64,000 bases of DNA from Candidatus Multivoraceae bacterium (GTDB lineage: Bacteria; Acidobacteriota; Thermoanaerobaculia; Multivoradales; Multivoraceae). The notes under the pieces were generated by a model that saw only the letters and a list, made by a program, of their open reading frames with translations, did no database searches and was not told the origin of the DNA. Position numbers and translations under genes: made by a program. Position 1 is the stretch's first letter; the number at the start of each line of letters is the position of its first letter. Location of the stretch: assembly GCA_965223385.1 (NCBI GenBank), contig CBDCWR010000007.1, positions 2,739,165 to 2,803,164 of the forward strand, read 5' to 3'. Shown in pieces: positions 21,460 to 30,730 of this stretch.

Positions 21460-21822
21460 ATGAGCCGTCGAGCGCACATTTTGAGCGCAGCTGCCTGCCT
21501 CCTGCTCCTGCAGGCTCCGGCTCTGGCTGCTGCATGCGACCTCGCGGCCGACAGCTGCTCGATGGTCGAGATGGGGCACGCGAACGCCTGTGTCACGGCG
21601 TCCACGACCTTGGCCTGCTGCGACGCCGACGGTACGGCGGACGCCCTGCCCACCGAGCAGTCACGCAAGGCGCGCGAAGACGGCGCCCCGGCACTCGAAA
21701 CGGACCGGCCCAGAATCTGGGAGCCGGGCCGCTCGTTGGAGAGTCGGCATGTCCGCATCGACCGAGCCGTCGATCGTGCAGGACCGCCCCTGTTCCGGCT
21801 CCACGATTCCCTCCTGCTCTGA
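21460..21822 (+). CDS. Small secreted Cys/Met/His-containing protein (possible periplasmic metal-binding protein)
   Basis: Signal peptide MSRRAHILSAAACLLLLQAPALAAA; mature part ACDLAADSCSMVEMGHANACVTASTTLACCDADG. The C-terminal half is low-complexity, so the extent is uncertain. Confidence 0.3.
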   Translation: MSRRAHILSAAACLLLLQAPALAAACDLAADSCSMVEMGHANACVTASTTLACCDADGTADALPTEQSRKAREDGAPALETDRPRIWEPGRSLESRHVRIDRAVDRAGPPLFRLHDSLLL

Positions 21823-21943
21823 GTTGCCGGAGACGCGACCGCCCCGTAAGTCGGGTGGGTCGGCGTCTCTGAGCTAGCGGCGATACGTCGCGTGCACCGC
21901 CGTGCGGTGCGCGCGGGCCCGTGAACAGACTTGGAGGGATGCA

Positions 21944-23326
21944 GTGCTGCTCCTCATTGATGTTGCTTGCTTGTGGCTCCTTCTCGGCGCAGCCGAGGTC
22001 GTGCAGGAGCTTCCCGACGAGCTCGAGCTCGTCGAACCCAACGCGGTTCCAGCCAGTGAGACGCCGGTCTCCGAGGCTCTGGCGCGCCAGATTCGCGTGC
22101 CGGAGCTCGAGACCCTGGCAAAAGAGGTTCTCGCCAGGAACCCTGCGCTGGCGCGTGCCAGTGCCATGGCGCGCGCTGCGTCCCTGCGCGCGCCGCAGGT
22201 GAAGGCTCTCCCCGATCCGAGCGCCCAGCTCACCGCCTTTCTCGACTCCCCGGAGACGCGAGTGGGCCCGCAGAGAGTCGGGGTCAGCGTGTCTCAGGCC
22301 ATCCCCTGGCTCAGCAAGCTGTCTCTGGCGGAGAAAGCCGCGGTCCTTCACGCGGGCGCGCTCCTCGCCGACGTGGAAGGGCGACGGTTGACGCTGGTGA
22401 CCGAGACGCGGCGCCTGGCGTACGAGCTGGCCTTCGTCGCGCGTCTCCGGTCGATCACGGAGAGCTATCGGCGACACCTGCTGCAGCACGAGGAGATCGC
22501 CAGGGCTCGCTACGCCACGGGATCGGGTCTCGGTCAGGACGTCCTCAAGCTTCAGGCCGCGATCACGCAGGTGGAGACCGAGCTCCTCGCGATCGACTCG
22601 CGGGAGCTCCATCTCGCCGCGCGTCTCAATCGGCTGCGCGACCGCCCTGCCGCCGCCGTGCTGCCACGCTTCGTGTTGCCAGCGGGCTTCGACAGCGGCG
22701 CAGTCGAATCGGAGCTCGTGGGCCAAGCTCTCTCCCGTCGACCGGAAGTGCGCGCCGCCGACCTTGAGATCGATCGCGGCGACACCCTCGTGGAGCTGGC
22801 TCGAAAGCGCTATCGCCCGGACTTTCGCGCGGGGTTCTCCTACACCCTCGTCAACCGACGCCAGGATGCCCCGGGGCGCGCCAACCCGCCCGAGGACGAC
22901 GGCGACGACATCTTCGGGGCACAGGTCGGCGTTTCCATTCCGATCTGGCGCAGGAAGCTGGTGGCGGGTCTCGAAGAGGCCGTGGAGCATCGGAGCGTGG
23001 CCGAGGAGGCCAAGCGCGACCTCGTCGCTGGAATCCAGGCCGACGTCGGCGATCTGGCGCAGCGCATCCCCCTCGCCTACGAGCAGTTCCGGCTCGTCGA
23101 CGACCTCCTGATCGCCCAGGCCGAGGAGTCGCTGGAGTCGGCGAAGTCGGCCTACGTCGCCAGCACCGTCAACGCACTCGAACTGCTCGACGCGGAGCAC
23201 GTGCTCTTTGGTGCCGAGAAGGCCGCGGCGCGAGCCCATGCGGACTGGGCGATTGCGGTCGCCAGGCTCGAAGGAACGATCGCCGGAGCTCTGACCGAGA
23301 AGCCCTCGAAGGAGGTGTCGCAATGA
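21944..23326 (+). CDS. TolC-family outer-membrane efflux protein (CusC-like)
   Basis: Two-repeat OEP architecture (LTLVTETRRLAYELAFVARLR...; ...ESAKSAYVASTVNALELLDAEHVLFGAEKAAARAHADWAIAVARLEG). Start placed at the in-frame GTG behind a GGAGGG SD (MLLLIDVACLWLLLGAAEV...); the ORF track starts at 21902. Confidence 0.75.
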   Translation: MLLLIDVACLWLLLGAAEVVQELPDELELVEPNAVPASETPVSEALARQIRVPELETLAKEVLARNPALARASAMARAASLRAPQVKALPDPSAQLTAFLDSPETRVGPQRVGVSVSQAIPWLSKLSLAEKAAVLHAGALLADVEGRRLTLVTETRRLAYELAFVARLRSITESYRRHLLQHEEIARARYATGSGLGQDVLKLQAAITQVETELLAIDSRELHLAARLNRLRDRPAAAVLPRFVLPAGFDSGAVESELVGQALSRRPEVRAADLEIDRGDTLVELARKRYRPDFRAGFSYTLVNRRQDAPGRANPPEDDGDDIFGAQVGVSIPIWRRKLVAGLEEAVEHRSVAEEAKRDLVAGIQADVGDLAQRIPLAYEQFRLVDDLLIAQAEESLESAKSAYVASTVNALELLDAEHVLFGAEKAAARAHADWAIAVARLEGTIAGALTEKPSKEVSQ

Positions 23327-24912
23327 ACTCACCTGAAACGCCCGGATCCGTCGCCCGCTCGCTCGTCCAGCCGATCGGTTGGGTCGCCTCGAGCTTCGTG
23401 GTGTTTGTCCTTCTCTTCCTGGATCCCCTCGATCTGCATCCGCTCGACGGCTGGCTGAGGGCGCGCCTGGGCGTGCCGGTTGCGGCTCCGGAGGAAGCGA
23501 AGGGGGGTGATGCTCCCTTGTACTACCGGAACCCCATGGATCCCACGATCACGTCGCCGGTGCCGAAGAAGGACGAGATGGGCATGGACTACGTCCCCGT
23601 GTATCGGGACGAGTCTGACGCTCCGAGCGGAGAGCGGAGGATTCTCTTCTACAGGAACCCGATGGATCCGACCGTGACGTCTCCGGTTCCGAAACAAGAC
23701 TCGATGGGCATGGACTACGTCCCCGTGTACGACGACGGGCCTGGCACCTCAGCGCAGGGCGGGGTTACGGTCGAGATCGACCCGGCCGTGGTTCAGAACA
23801 TGAACGTGCAGACGGCGGAGGTGATGCGTCGAGACCTCGAGCACGAGCTGCGCACGGTGGGCTACTTCGAGTACGACCAGGAACGGATGGTGACGGTCAC
23901 GACCAAGTACAGCGGCTGGGTCGAGAAGGTCTATGTCAACTATGTCGGCGAGCCGGTGAAGAAGGGTGATCCCCTGTTCGAGGTGTACTCGCCGGAGCTG
24001 GTGCAGACGGGGCAGGAGCTGCTGTCTGCCCGGGCATATGCCTCGCGGCTCGAAGACGCACCGGAAGGAGCGAGGGAGCGTGCACGAGCGCTCCACGAAG
24101 CTGCACGGACGCGCTTGAGCTACTGGGACGTCTCCCCAGAGCAGATCGCCGAGATCGAGCGCTCGGGAGAGGTCTTGCGGACGCTCCAGGTCGTGGCGCC
24201 CGCGAGTGGGCTCGTCATGAAGCGCATGCCGGGGCTGGAGGGCATGGCGGTGAAGCCAGGCATGGAGGCGTACCACATCGCAGATCTCTCGAGCCTCTGG
24301 CTGAGCGTGGAGGTGTTCGAGGATCAGGTCGCACTGGTGCGGGAGGGAACGCCGGCTTCGATCACGCTGCCGTACTTTCCCGGGGAGGAGTTCCGTGGAC
24401 GCGTGCGGTTCGTCGAGCCGGAGCTCTCCGCGTCGACGCGGACTCTCAGCGTGAAGCTCGAGGTTCCCAACCGGGGTGGGAGGTTGCGTGCTGGGATGTT
24501 CGCCACCGTCCGCTTCACGCCGGTGGCGGCGCGCGGGGCCGTCACCGTTCCCTCACACGCGGTGCTTCGGACCGGTCGACGGACCGTGGTGGTAGAGGCT
24601 CTGGGGAACGGTCGGTTCGCTCCCCGGGAGGTGACCCTGGGACACGAATCGCGCGGGGTCGTCGAGGTCCTCGAGGGCCTGGAAGAAGGGCAGCGCGTCG
24701 TGACGTCCGCCCAGTTCCTTCTCGACTCCGAGGCGAGCCTGCAGGAGGCCGTGCAGAAGATGATTGCTGCCGCAAGCGAAGCGCCGCAGGCGGCCGAGCC
24801 CATGCAGCACGGCGAGGAGACGCAGGAGCACGAGCACGGGACCCCCGCGGAGATTCGGGAGCCGCAGGAGCACGATGCGCACGAGGCCGGGGAGCACGCT
24901 CATGCTCCATAG
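23323..24912 (+). CDS. RND efflux periplasmic adaptor (CusB-like) with duplicated Cys-free N-terminal motif and His-rich C-terminal tail
   Basis: Membrane-fusion-protein beta-barrel/lipoyl motifs. Two tandem copies of YYRNPMDPT(I/V)TSPVPK(K/Q)D(E/S)MGMDYVPVY (~23518-23601 and ~23650-23733). C-terminal EPMQHGEETQEHEHGTPAEIREPQEHDAHEAGEHAHAP. ATGA overlap with cusC. Confidence 0.8.
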   Translation: MNSPETPGSVARSLVQPIGWVASSFVVFVLLFLDPLDLHPLDGWLRARLGVPVAAPEEAKGGDAPLYYRNPMDPTITSPVPKKDEMGMDYVPVYRDESDAPSGERRILFYRNPMDPTVTSPVPKQDSMGMDYVPVYDDGPGTSAQGGVTVEIDPAVVQNMNVQTAEVMRRDLEHELRTVGYFEYDQERMVTVTTKYSGWVEKVYVNYVGEPVKKGDPLFEVYSPELVQTGQELLSARAYASRLEDAPEGARERARALHEAARTRLSYWDVSPEQIAEIERSGEVLRTLQVVAPASGLVMKRMPGLEGMAVKPGMEAYHIADLSSLWLSVEVFEDQVALVREGTPASITLPYFPGEEFRGRVRFVEPELSASTRTLSVKLEVPNRGGRLRAGMFATVRFTPVAARGAVTVPSHAVLRTGRRTVVVEALGNGRFAPREVTLGHESRGVVEVLEGLEEGQRVVTSAQFLLDSEASLQEAVQKMIAAASEAPQAAEPMQHGEETQEHEHGTPAEIREPQEHDAHEAGEHAHAP

Positions 24913-27900
24913 GGTCATCGAGTGGTCGCTTCGCAACCAGCTCCTGGTCACTGTCGGGATGCTTCTCATCGTGCTCGCAGGCTTCTGGGCGATCCGCACG
25001 ACCCGCATCGACGCGATCCCGGATCTCTCGGACGTCCAGGTCATCCTCTTCACCGAGTTCCCCGGGCAGGCGCCGCAGGTCGTCGAGGACCAGGTCACCT
25101 ATCCGATCACGAGCAAGATGCTCGCCGTTCCTTTCGCCAAGGTGGTCCGCGGCTACTCGTTCTTCGGCTTCTCGTTCGTCTATGTCATCTTCGAGGACGG
25201 AACGGATCTGTACTGGGCGCGCTCGCGCGTGCTCGAGTACCTCTCCGGCCTCGCGGCGGACCTGCCGGACGGGGTGACGCCGCAGCTCGGGCCCGACGCC
25301 ACGGGGGTCGGCTGGGCCTTCATGTACACGCTCAACTCGAACGAGCGCTCGCTGGCCGATCTCAGGAGTTACCAGGACTGGTACCTCAAGTACGGCCTCG
25401 CATCGGTCGACGGTGTTTCGGAGGTCGCCTCGATCGGTGGCTTCGTACGCCAGTACCAGGTCGAGGTCGATCCGGTGCGACTTCGCGCCTACGGGCTGCC
25501 GATCCAGAAGGTCAGACAGGCGATTCAGCGCTCGAACGTCGAGGTCGGGGGACGCCTGGTCGAGATTGCCGAGCGGGAGTTCATGGTTCGTGGCCGCGGC
25601 TACGTCCAGGACGTCCGAGACCTCGAGGCCGTCACGTTGGGAGCGGGCCCGGGTGGGGTCCCCATCCTCCTCGAGGACGTGGCGAACGTGACGATCGGGC
25701 CGGAGATCCGGCGGGGCCTCGTCGACTGGAACGGAGAAGGGGAGACGGTGGGTGGCGTCGTGGTCGTCCGCTGGGGAGCCGACACGCGCACGACCATCGA
25801 GAACGTGAAGGCTCGTCTCGAAGAGCTGAGGGAGGGTCTCCCCGAGGACGTGGAAATCTCGGTGGCGTACGACCGGACGGCGCTCATCGAGCGTTCGATC
25901 GACACGCTCGCCGACACCCTGGTCGAAGAGTCCATCGTGGTCGCCCTGGTCTGCCTGGTCTTCCTTTTCCACTTCCGTTCTGCGCTGGTCGCGATCTTCT
26001 CGATTCCGCTGTCGATCCTCCTCGCCTTCGTCGTGATGAAGGTCCAGGGCCTCGGCGCCAACATCATGTCGCTCGGCGGGATCGCGATCTCCATCGGCGT
26101 TCTCGTGGACGCGGCCGTGGTGATGGTGGAGAACGCCCACAAGCACACCGAGCGCTGGAAGGGCAAACGCTCGCACTTCGAGATCATCCTGCGCTCCTCC
26201 CAAGAGGTCGGACCGGCTCTCTTCTTCACGCTGCTCATCATCACGGTCTCGTTCATGCCGATCTTCACGCTCCAGGCGCAGGAAGGGCGCCTCTTCCGAC
26301 CTCTCGCGTTCACCAAGACCTACGCGATCGCTCTCTCGTCCATCCTGGCCGTCACGGTCGTGCCCGTGCTCATGCTCTGGCTGGTGCGGGGAAAGATCCG
26401 GAGTGAAGAACGGCACCCGATGTCGCGACTGCTTCGCTTCTTCTACGAGCCCGTCCTCAACCTCGCTCTGCGGTGGCGGTGGGCGGTGGTCGTGGGTGTA
26501 GTGATCGTGCTGTTGCTCTCCATCGCTCCTTTCCAACGGCTCGGCTCGGAGTTCATGCCTCCGCTGTGGGAGGGCGACCTCCTGTACATGCCGACGACCT
26601 TCCCGGGCGTCTCCATTACCAAGGCCCGGGAGATTGCGCAGCAGACCGACAAGATCATCCGCTCCTTCCCCGAGGTCGAGACGGTCTTTGGCAAGGTCGG
26701 GCGGGCGGAGACCGCCACCGACCCTGCGCCGCTGTCGATGCTGGAAACGACGATCGTTCTCAAGGATCCGTCGGAGTGGCGACCAGGCCTCACCAAAGAA
26801 GAGCTCATCGCCGAGCTGGATGCCGCGATCGACTTTCCTGGGGTCACGAACGCCTGGACGATGCCCATCAAGACGCGGATCGACATGCTGTCGACCGGCA
26901 TCAAGACGCCTGTCGGCATCAAGATCGCCGGCCCGGACCTGACCGTTCTGGAAGAGCTCGGAGAGCAGGTCGAGGCGATCGTCAAGCCGCTCCCGGGCAC
27001 GCTCTCCGCGTACGCCGAGCGGGTGATGGGCGGGAGCTACCTCGACTTCGACATCGACCGACAGGCCGCGTCCCGGTACGGTTTGAACGTGGGTGACGTG
27101 CAGGACGTCGTGCAGTCTGCGGTGGGAGGTATGAACGTCTCGTGGACGGTCGAGGGGCTCGAGCGCTACCCGATCAACGTGCGCTACCCGCGGGAGCTGC
27201 GGGATGATCCGCAGGCGCTCCGCGAGGTCCTCGTGGCGACACCGTCCGGCGCGCAGGTGCCGCTGGGCCAGCTGGCGCGCATCGAGCTGCGACAAGGTCC
27301 TCCCGGGATCAAATCGGAGAACGCGAGGCCCAATGCCTGGGTCTACATCGACCTCGAGGGCATCGATGTCGGCACGTGGGTCGAGCGAGCCCAGGAGGAG
27401 GTGCGCGAGAAGCTGACCTTGCCCTCCGGCTACACCCTCTTCTGGTCGGGTCAGTACGAGTACATGCAGCGGGCGAAGCAGCGGCTGACGCTGATCGTGC
27501 CGATCACGCTCGGCTTGATCATTCTCATCCTCTATCTTCACACCCACTCGGTGATCAAGACGGCTCTGGTCTTGTCGGCGATTCCCTTCGGCCTGGTGGG
27601 GTCGATTTGGTTGCTCGATCTCCTGGACTACAACCTCTCGATCGCCGTGTGGGTCGGAGTGATCGCGCTCGCCGGCCTGGCGACGGAGTTCGGCGTGGTC
27701 ATGCTCCTCTTTCTCGATCTGGCCTGGGAAGAGGCGCAGAAGGAGGGCCGAGTCGCGACCCACGCGGATCTGCTGCGAGTGGTGGATCGCGGGGCGGTGC
27801 AGCGCATTCGCCCGATGACGATGACCACGATGACCACCTTCTTGTCCCTGGCTCCGATCCTCTTCGCGACCGGGACGGGGGCGGATGTCATGCGGAGGAT

Positions 27901-28060
27901 CGCAGCTCCCATGGTGGGAGGCGTCGTCACCTCGTTCGTGGGCGTGCTGCTGGTGCTGCCCGCGGTCTTCTTCATTTGGCGCTCCTTCGGCCTCGAACGG
28001 AGTACGCTGAGGCCCGAAGCGGTCGCTGACGCCGGCCCGGGATCCGGGGCCGCCTCGTGA
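24902..28060 (+). CDS. Heavy-metal-efflux RND pump (CusA/CzcA family)
   Basis: MLHRVIEWSLRNQLLVTVGMLLIVLAGFWAI..., 12-TM RND architecture, 1052 aa. Overlaps the end of the adaptor gene by 11 nt. Confidence 0.85.
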   Translation: MLHRVIEWSLRNQLLVTVGMLLIVLAGFWAIRTTRIDAIPDLSDVQVILFTEFPGQAPQVVEDQVTYPITSKMLAVPFAKVVRGYSFFGFSFVYVIFEDGTDLYWARSRVLEYLSGLAADLPDGVTPQLGPDATGVGWAFMYTLNSNERSLADLRSYQDWYLKYGLASVDGVSEVASIGGFVRQYQVEVDPVRLRAYGLPIQKVRQAIQRSNVEVGGRLVEIAEREFMVRGRGYVQDVRDLEAVTLGAGPGGVPILLEDVANVTIGPEIRRGLVDWNGEGETVGGVVVVRWGADTRTTIENVKARLEELREGLPEDVEISVAYDRTALIERSIDTLADTLVEESIVVALVCLVFLFHFRSALVAIFSIPLSILLAFVVMKVQGLGANIMSLGGIAISIGVLVDAAVVMVENAHKHTERWKGKRSHFEIILRSSQEVGPALFFTLLIITVSFMPIFTLQAQEGRLFRPLAFTKTYAIALSSILAVTVVPVLMLWLVRGKIRSEERHPMSRLLRFFYEPVLNLALRWRWAVVVGVVIVLLLSIAPFQRLGSEFMPPLWEGDLLYMPTTFPGVSITKAREIAQQTDKIIRSFPEVETVFGKVGRAETATDPAPLSMLETTIVLKDPSEWRPGLTKEELIAELDAAIDFPGVTNAWTMPIKTRIDMLSTGIKTPVGIKIAGPDLTVLEELGEQVEAIVKPLPGTLSAYAERVMGGSYLDFDIDRQAASRYGLNVGDVQDVVQSAVGGMNVSWTVEGLERYPINVRYPRELRDDPQALREVLVATPSGAQVPLGQLARIELRQGPPGIKSENARPNAWVYIDLEGIDVGTWVERAQEEVREKLTLPSGYTLFWSGQYEYMQRAKQRLTLIVPITLGLIILILYLHTHSVIKTALVLSAIPFGLVGSIWLLDLLDYNLSIAVWVGVIALAGLATEFGVVMLLFLDLAWEEAQKEGRVATHADLLRVVDRGAVQRIRPMTMTTMTTFLSLAPILFATGTGADVMRRIAAPMVGGVVTSFVGVLLVLPAVFFIWRSFGLERSTLRPEAVADAGPGSGAAS

Positions 28061-28172
28061 CGCGCGTCACCGGTCCCGGGGTCGTGGACGGAGCCTCCAG
28101 CTGCCGGCGAGGGGATCCGGGAGACACGCCGCTTCTTGACCCCGTTCGAAACATGGTGGAGGTCCCCTGAAC

Positions 28173-29336
28173 ATGCGCAGAGCTCACACGAATCCCCTGG
28201 TCGTCCTCGTTTTGGCGGTCGCAGCATGGGGAGGCGCCTGCCACCGCCCGGCCCACGGCCAGGGCTTCGCTCAGCCGGATGTCGGCGAAAGAGCGCGATC
28301 GCTCCATCTGCGGAGCTCGCACGACGGGGGCCTTCTCTTGAGCTGGCTCGAACCGCACGGTGATGGGCATCGGCTCGTCTTCACCGTGCTCGAGGACGGC
28401 CGCTGGTCGCCCCCGAAGCAGGTCGCGGCTGGAGGGTCCTTCCTGGCGAACTGGGCGGACACCCCTGCCGTCGTCCAGGGCCCTCGAGGTGTGCTTTATG
28501 CGCACTGGCTCGAGACGCTCGGCGAAGGCCACGCCTATGGCGCTCGGGCCGCCCGGTCGGCCAATGGCGGAGATTCATGGGTGGAGCTGGGCTGGCTCCA
28601 CGACGACACTTCGCCGGTGGAGCACGGATTCGTCTCCTACGCGGTGACGCCAAAGGGCCTGCGCGCCTTCTGGCTGGACGGCCGGACGATGGGCGAGCCT
28701 GGGGGCGCGACGGCGCTTCGCACCGCACTCGTCGGCCAGACGGAGGGGACACCCCCCAGCGTGGTGCTGGACCCGCGTGTCTGTGAGTGCTGCGCGACGG
28801 ACGCCGTGAAAGGCCCTGCCGGCCCAGTGGTCGTCTACCGCGACCGCAGCGAAGACGAGGTGCGCGACATCTCGCTCCTCCGGTGGACGACCGACGGCTG
28901 GAGCGCGCCGATCACCGTGCACCGCGACGGTTGGCAGATCGACGGCTGTCCGGTGAACGGCCCGGCCATTGATGCGCGGGATGATCGTGTCGCCGTCGCG
29001 TGGTTCACGGCGGCGGGGGAAAGCGCCGCGGTGAAACTCTCGGTCTCTACAGACGGCGGGCAGAGCTTCGGCGTGCCTACTGTCGTCGACGGGGACAGGC
29101 CGGTCGGGCGCGCCGACGTCGCACTCGGGGCAGGGGGTCGAGTTTGGGTGCTGTGGGTAGGGCGGGGTGGCGCGGTTGAGCTCGGTGAATTCACCTCCAA
29201 CGGGACTTTGGAGGCTGCTCATGAGGTCGCGGAGCGCCAAGGGCGATCGAGCGTACCGAAACTGGCGAGCTACGGTGCCGGCGTCGCGGTGGCGTTCAGT
29301 AGCGAGAAGACGATTCGGGTGGAGACGTTTCGTTGA
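28173..29336 (+). CDS. Secreted BNR/Asp-box repeat protein (sialidase-like beta-propeller), unknown function
   Basis: Signal peptide; Asp-box-like SANGGDSW and STDGGQSF repeats. Confidence 0.55.
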   Translation: MRRAHTNPLVVLVLAVAAWGGACHRPAHGQGFAQPDVGERARSLHLRSSHDGGLLLSWLEPHGDGHRLVFTVLEDGRWSPPKQVAAGGSFLANWADTPAVVQGPRGVLYAHWLETLGEGHAYGARAARSANGGDSWVELGWLHDDTSPVEHGFVSYAVTPKGLRAFWLDGRTMGEPGGATALRTALVGQTEGTPPSVVLDPRVCECCATDAVKGPAGPVVVYRDRSEDEVRDISLLRWTTDGWSAPITVHRDGWQIDGCPVNGPAIDARDDRVAVAWFTAAGESAAVKLSVSTDGGQSFGVPTVVDGDRPVGRADVALGAGGRVWVLWVGRGGAVELGEFTSNGTLEAAHEVAERQGRSSVPKLASYGAGVAVAFSSEKTIRVETFR

Positions 29337-29451
29337 CCCGCCGCGCGGGCGCTGGGCGGAGGACGTGTCTCTCGCCTTGGCAACGGCGCACGATCGCTCG
29401 GTTTGTTCAGCCTCCAGCAGTCAGTCCAAGTGGACGCTTGCGGTCGAGAAC

Positions 29452-29476
29452 GCACGGGCGGCGCATGGTATCCCCA
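29452..29476. repeat. 25-bp direct repeat copy 2 (candidate tRNA-proximal att site) spanning the 3' terminus of tRNA-Glu
   Basis: Exact match to 15923..15947; covers the last ~10 nt of the tRNA plus 15 nt of 3' flank. Confidence 0.6.
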
Positions 29477-29543
29477 ACGGGATTCGAACCCGTGTCGCCA
29501 GCTTGAAAGGCTGGTGTCCTAGACCTGACTAGACGATGGGGAC
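29467..29543 (-). tRNA. tRNA-Glu (anticodon TTC)
   Basis: Reverse complement GTCCCCATCGTCTAGTCAGGTCTAGGACACCAGCCTTTCAAGCTGGCGACACGGGTTCGAATCCCGTTGGGGATACCA: cloverleaf with a CTTTCAA anticodon loop and encoded CCA. Confidence 0.85.
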
Positions 29544-29670
29544 AGACATGCGCCGCGCGTGCCCGGCGCCAGCGCCGGGCACGAAGCAGATTGTAGGGCA
29601 TTCCCCGCAATTCGAGGAAGCCCCGGCACGGGGGGCGCGTTGGGTGCGCGCGCCCCGAGATGGGCGCGAC

Positions 29671-30018
29671 CTAGGTCGAGGACGCGGCCTGGCTCAGGGC
29701 CTTCGCGTCGGCCTTGAGGAGCGAGAGATCGCTGTACTCGAGCGACTTGCCGCTGGGCAGCGTGACGGTGATCGCGAGCGATGCTGCGCCGGCCGGGGCG
29801 CGCCGTGCGCGGCGGTTTTTTGCAGGAGCACTCCTGTTGGTTCCAATGATCTTGAGAACCGTGGGGTAGCTGATCGAAGTGTCCTTGGCAATCTTCGACT
29901 TGCTATGTGACTTGGCCGCGTCACGAATGGCCTTCTTGAGCTCGGGGGAGTACCGAGTACGACCTTTTTTGGAGCGATCCTTCTTCGCGAGCTCGATCGC
30001 CGTGGCGAGTGCGCTCAT
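29671..30018 (-). CDS. Stand-alone HTH protein resembling IS3-family OrfA (transposase_8 HTH); possible IS remnant
   Basis: RTRYSPELKKAIRDAAKSHSKSKIAKDTSISYPTVLKIIG resembles the RYSPEFK...HTH signature of IS3/IS911 OrfA. No orfB follows. Lies between two tRNA genes. Confidence 0.4.
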   Translation of the reverse strand: MSALATAIELAKKDRSKKGRTRYSPELKKAIRDAAKSHSKSKIAKDTSISYPTVLKIIGTNRSAPAKNRRARRAPAGAASLAITVTLPSGKSLEYSDLSLLKADAKALSQAASST

Positions 30019-30340
30019 CGGTGTTCTCCTTCTTGTGGGGGGCAGTTTCTGGTGAATACCGCGGCCATCCTGGCGTCAGATGTACTGATTGTCAACAGAA
30101 AAACTAGGAATTGCCAGGGCTCGAGGTTCTGAGGTCGAAGCCTCTCAACGTCTCTCGCACCGAGCCCTGTGCCGTGAGGCGCAGCGCTCGATTCGGAGGG
30201 GTCTTCCCAGGAGCTCTACACAGCCGCGCTGGGACGTCACCGCAGTAGACCTTCACCCTAGCAAAGAACAGGGAGGTTGATAGTCAACCGTTGTCGAGTC
30301 GCATGCAACGTTGCAACGAAACGCGAAAAGAAACCTCGAG

Positions 30341-30689
30341 GAGCGAGCCCCATCCGCCGCTCGAGCGCGTTGGATTCATCGGCGCAGATCGCGGTCGGGA
30401 GAGGGCGAGCGAAGCAAGCCCGCAGCCCCAGACCGCTTGGGTATTCGACGACGGCGGCGTTCGGGAAGGGAGCGAGCCCCATCCGCCGCTCGAGCGCGTT
30501 GGATTCATCGGCGCAGATCGCGGTCGGGAGAGGGCGAGCGAAGCAAGCCCGCAGCCCCAGACCGCTTGGGTATTCGACGACGGCGGCGTTCGGGAAGGGA
30601 GCGAGCCCCATCCGCCGCTCGAGCGCGTTGGATTCATCGGCGCAGATCGCGGTCGGGAGAGGGCGAGCGAAGCAAGCCCGCAGCCCCAG
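30341..30689. repeat. Tandem repeat array, 129-bp unit x ~2.7 (in-frame, 43-codon period)
   Basis: Units begin at 30341, 30470 and 30599 and are near-identical. Multi-frame ORFs appear only because of the periodicity. Confidence 0.85.
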
Positions 30690-30730
30690 GGAATCGTCGA
30701 CGACCGGCCCGCCGGGCCGGTCGTCACCGG

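Noticed and set aside
24542-27763. 1073-aa minus-strand ORF antisense to the CusA-like RND pump
   Set aside because: Low-complexity R/D/E-rich translation; the plus-strand frame is an unmistakable 12-TM RND protein.
29337-29466. Integrase gene expected beside the tRNA-proximal att site
   Set aside because: Only 130 nt separate the BNR gene stop from tRNA-Glu; no ORF with integrase features exists anywhere between the two repeat copies.
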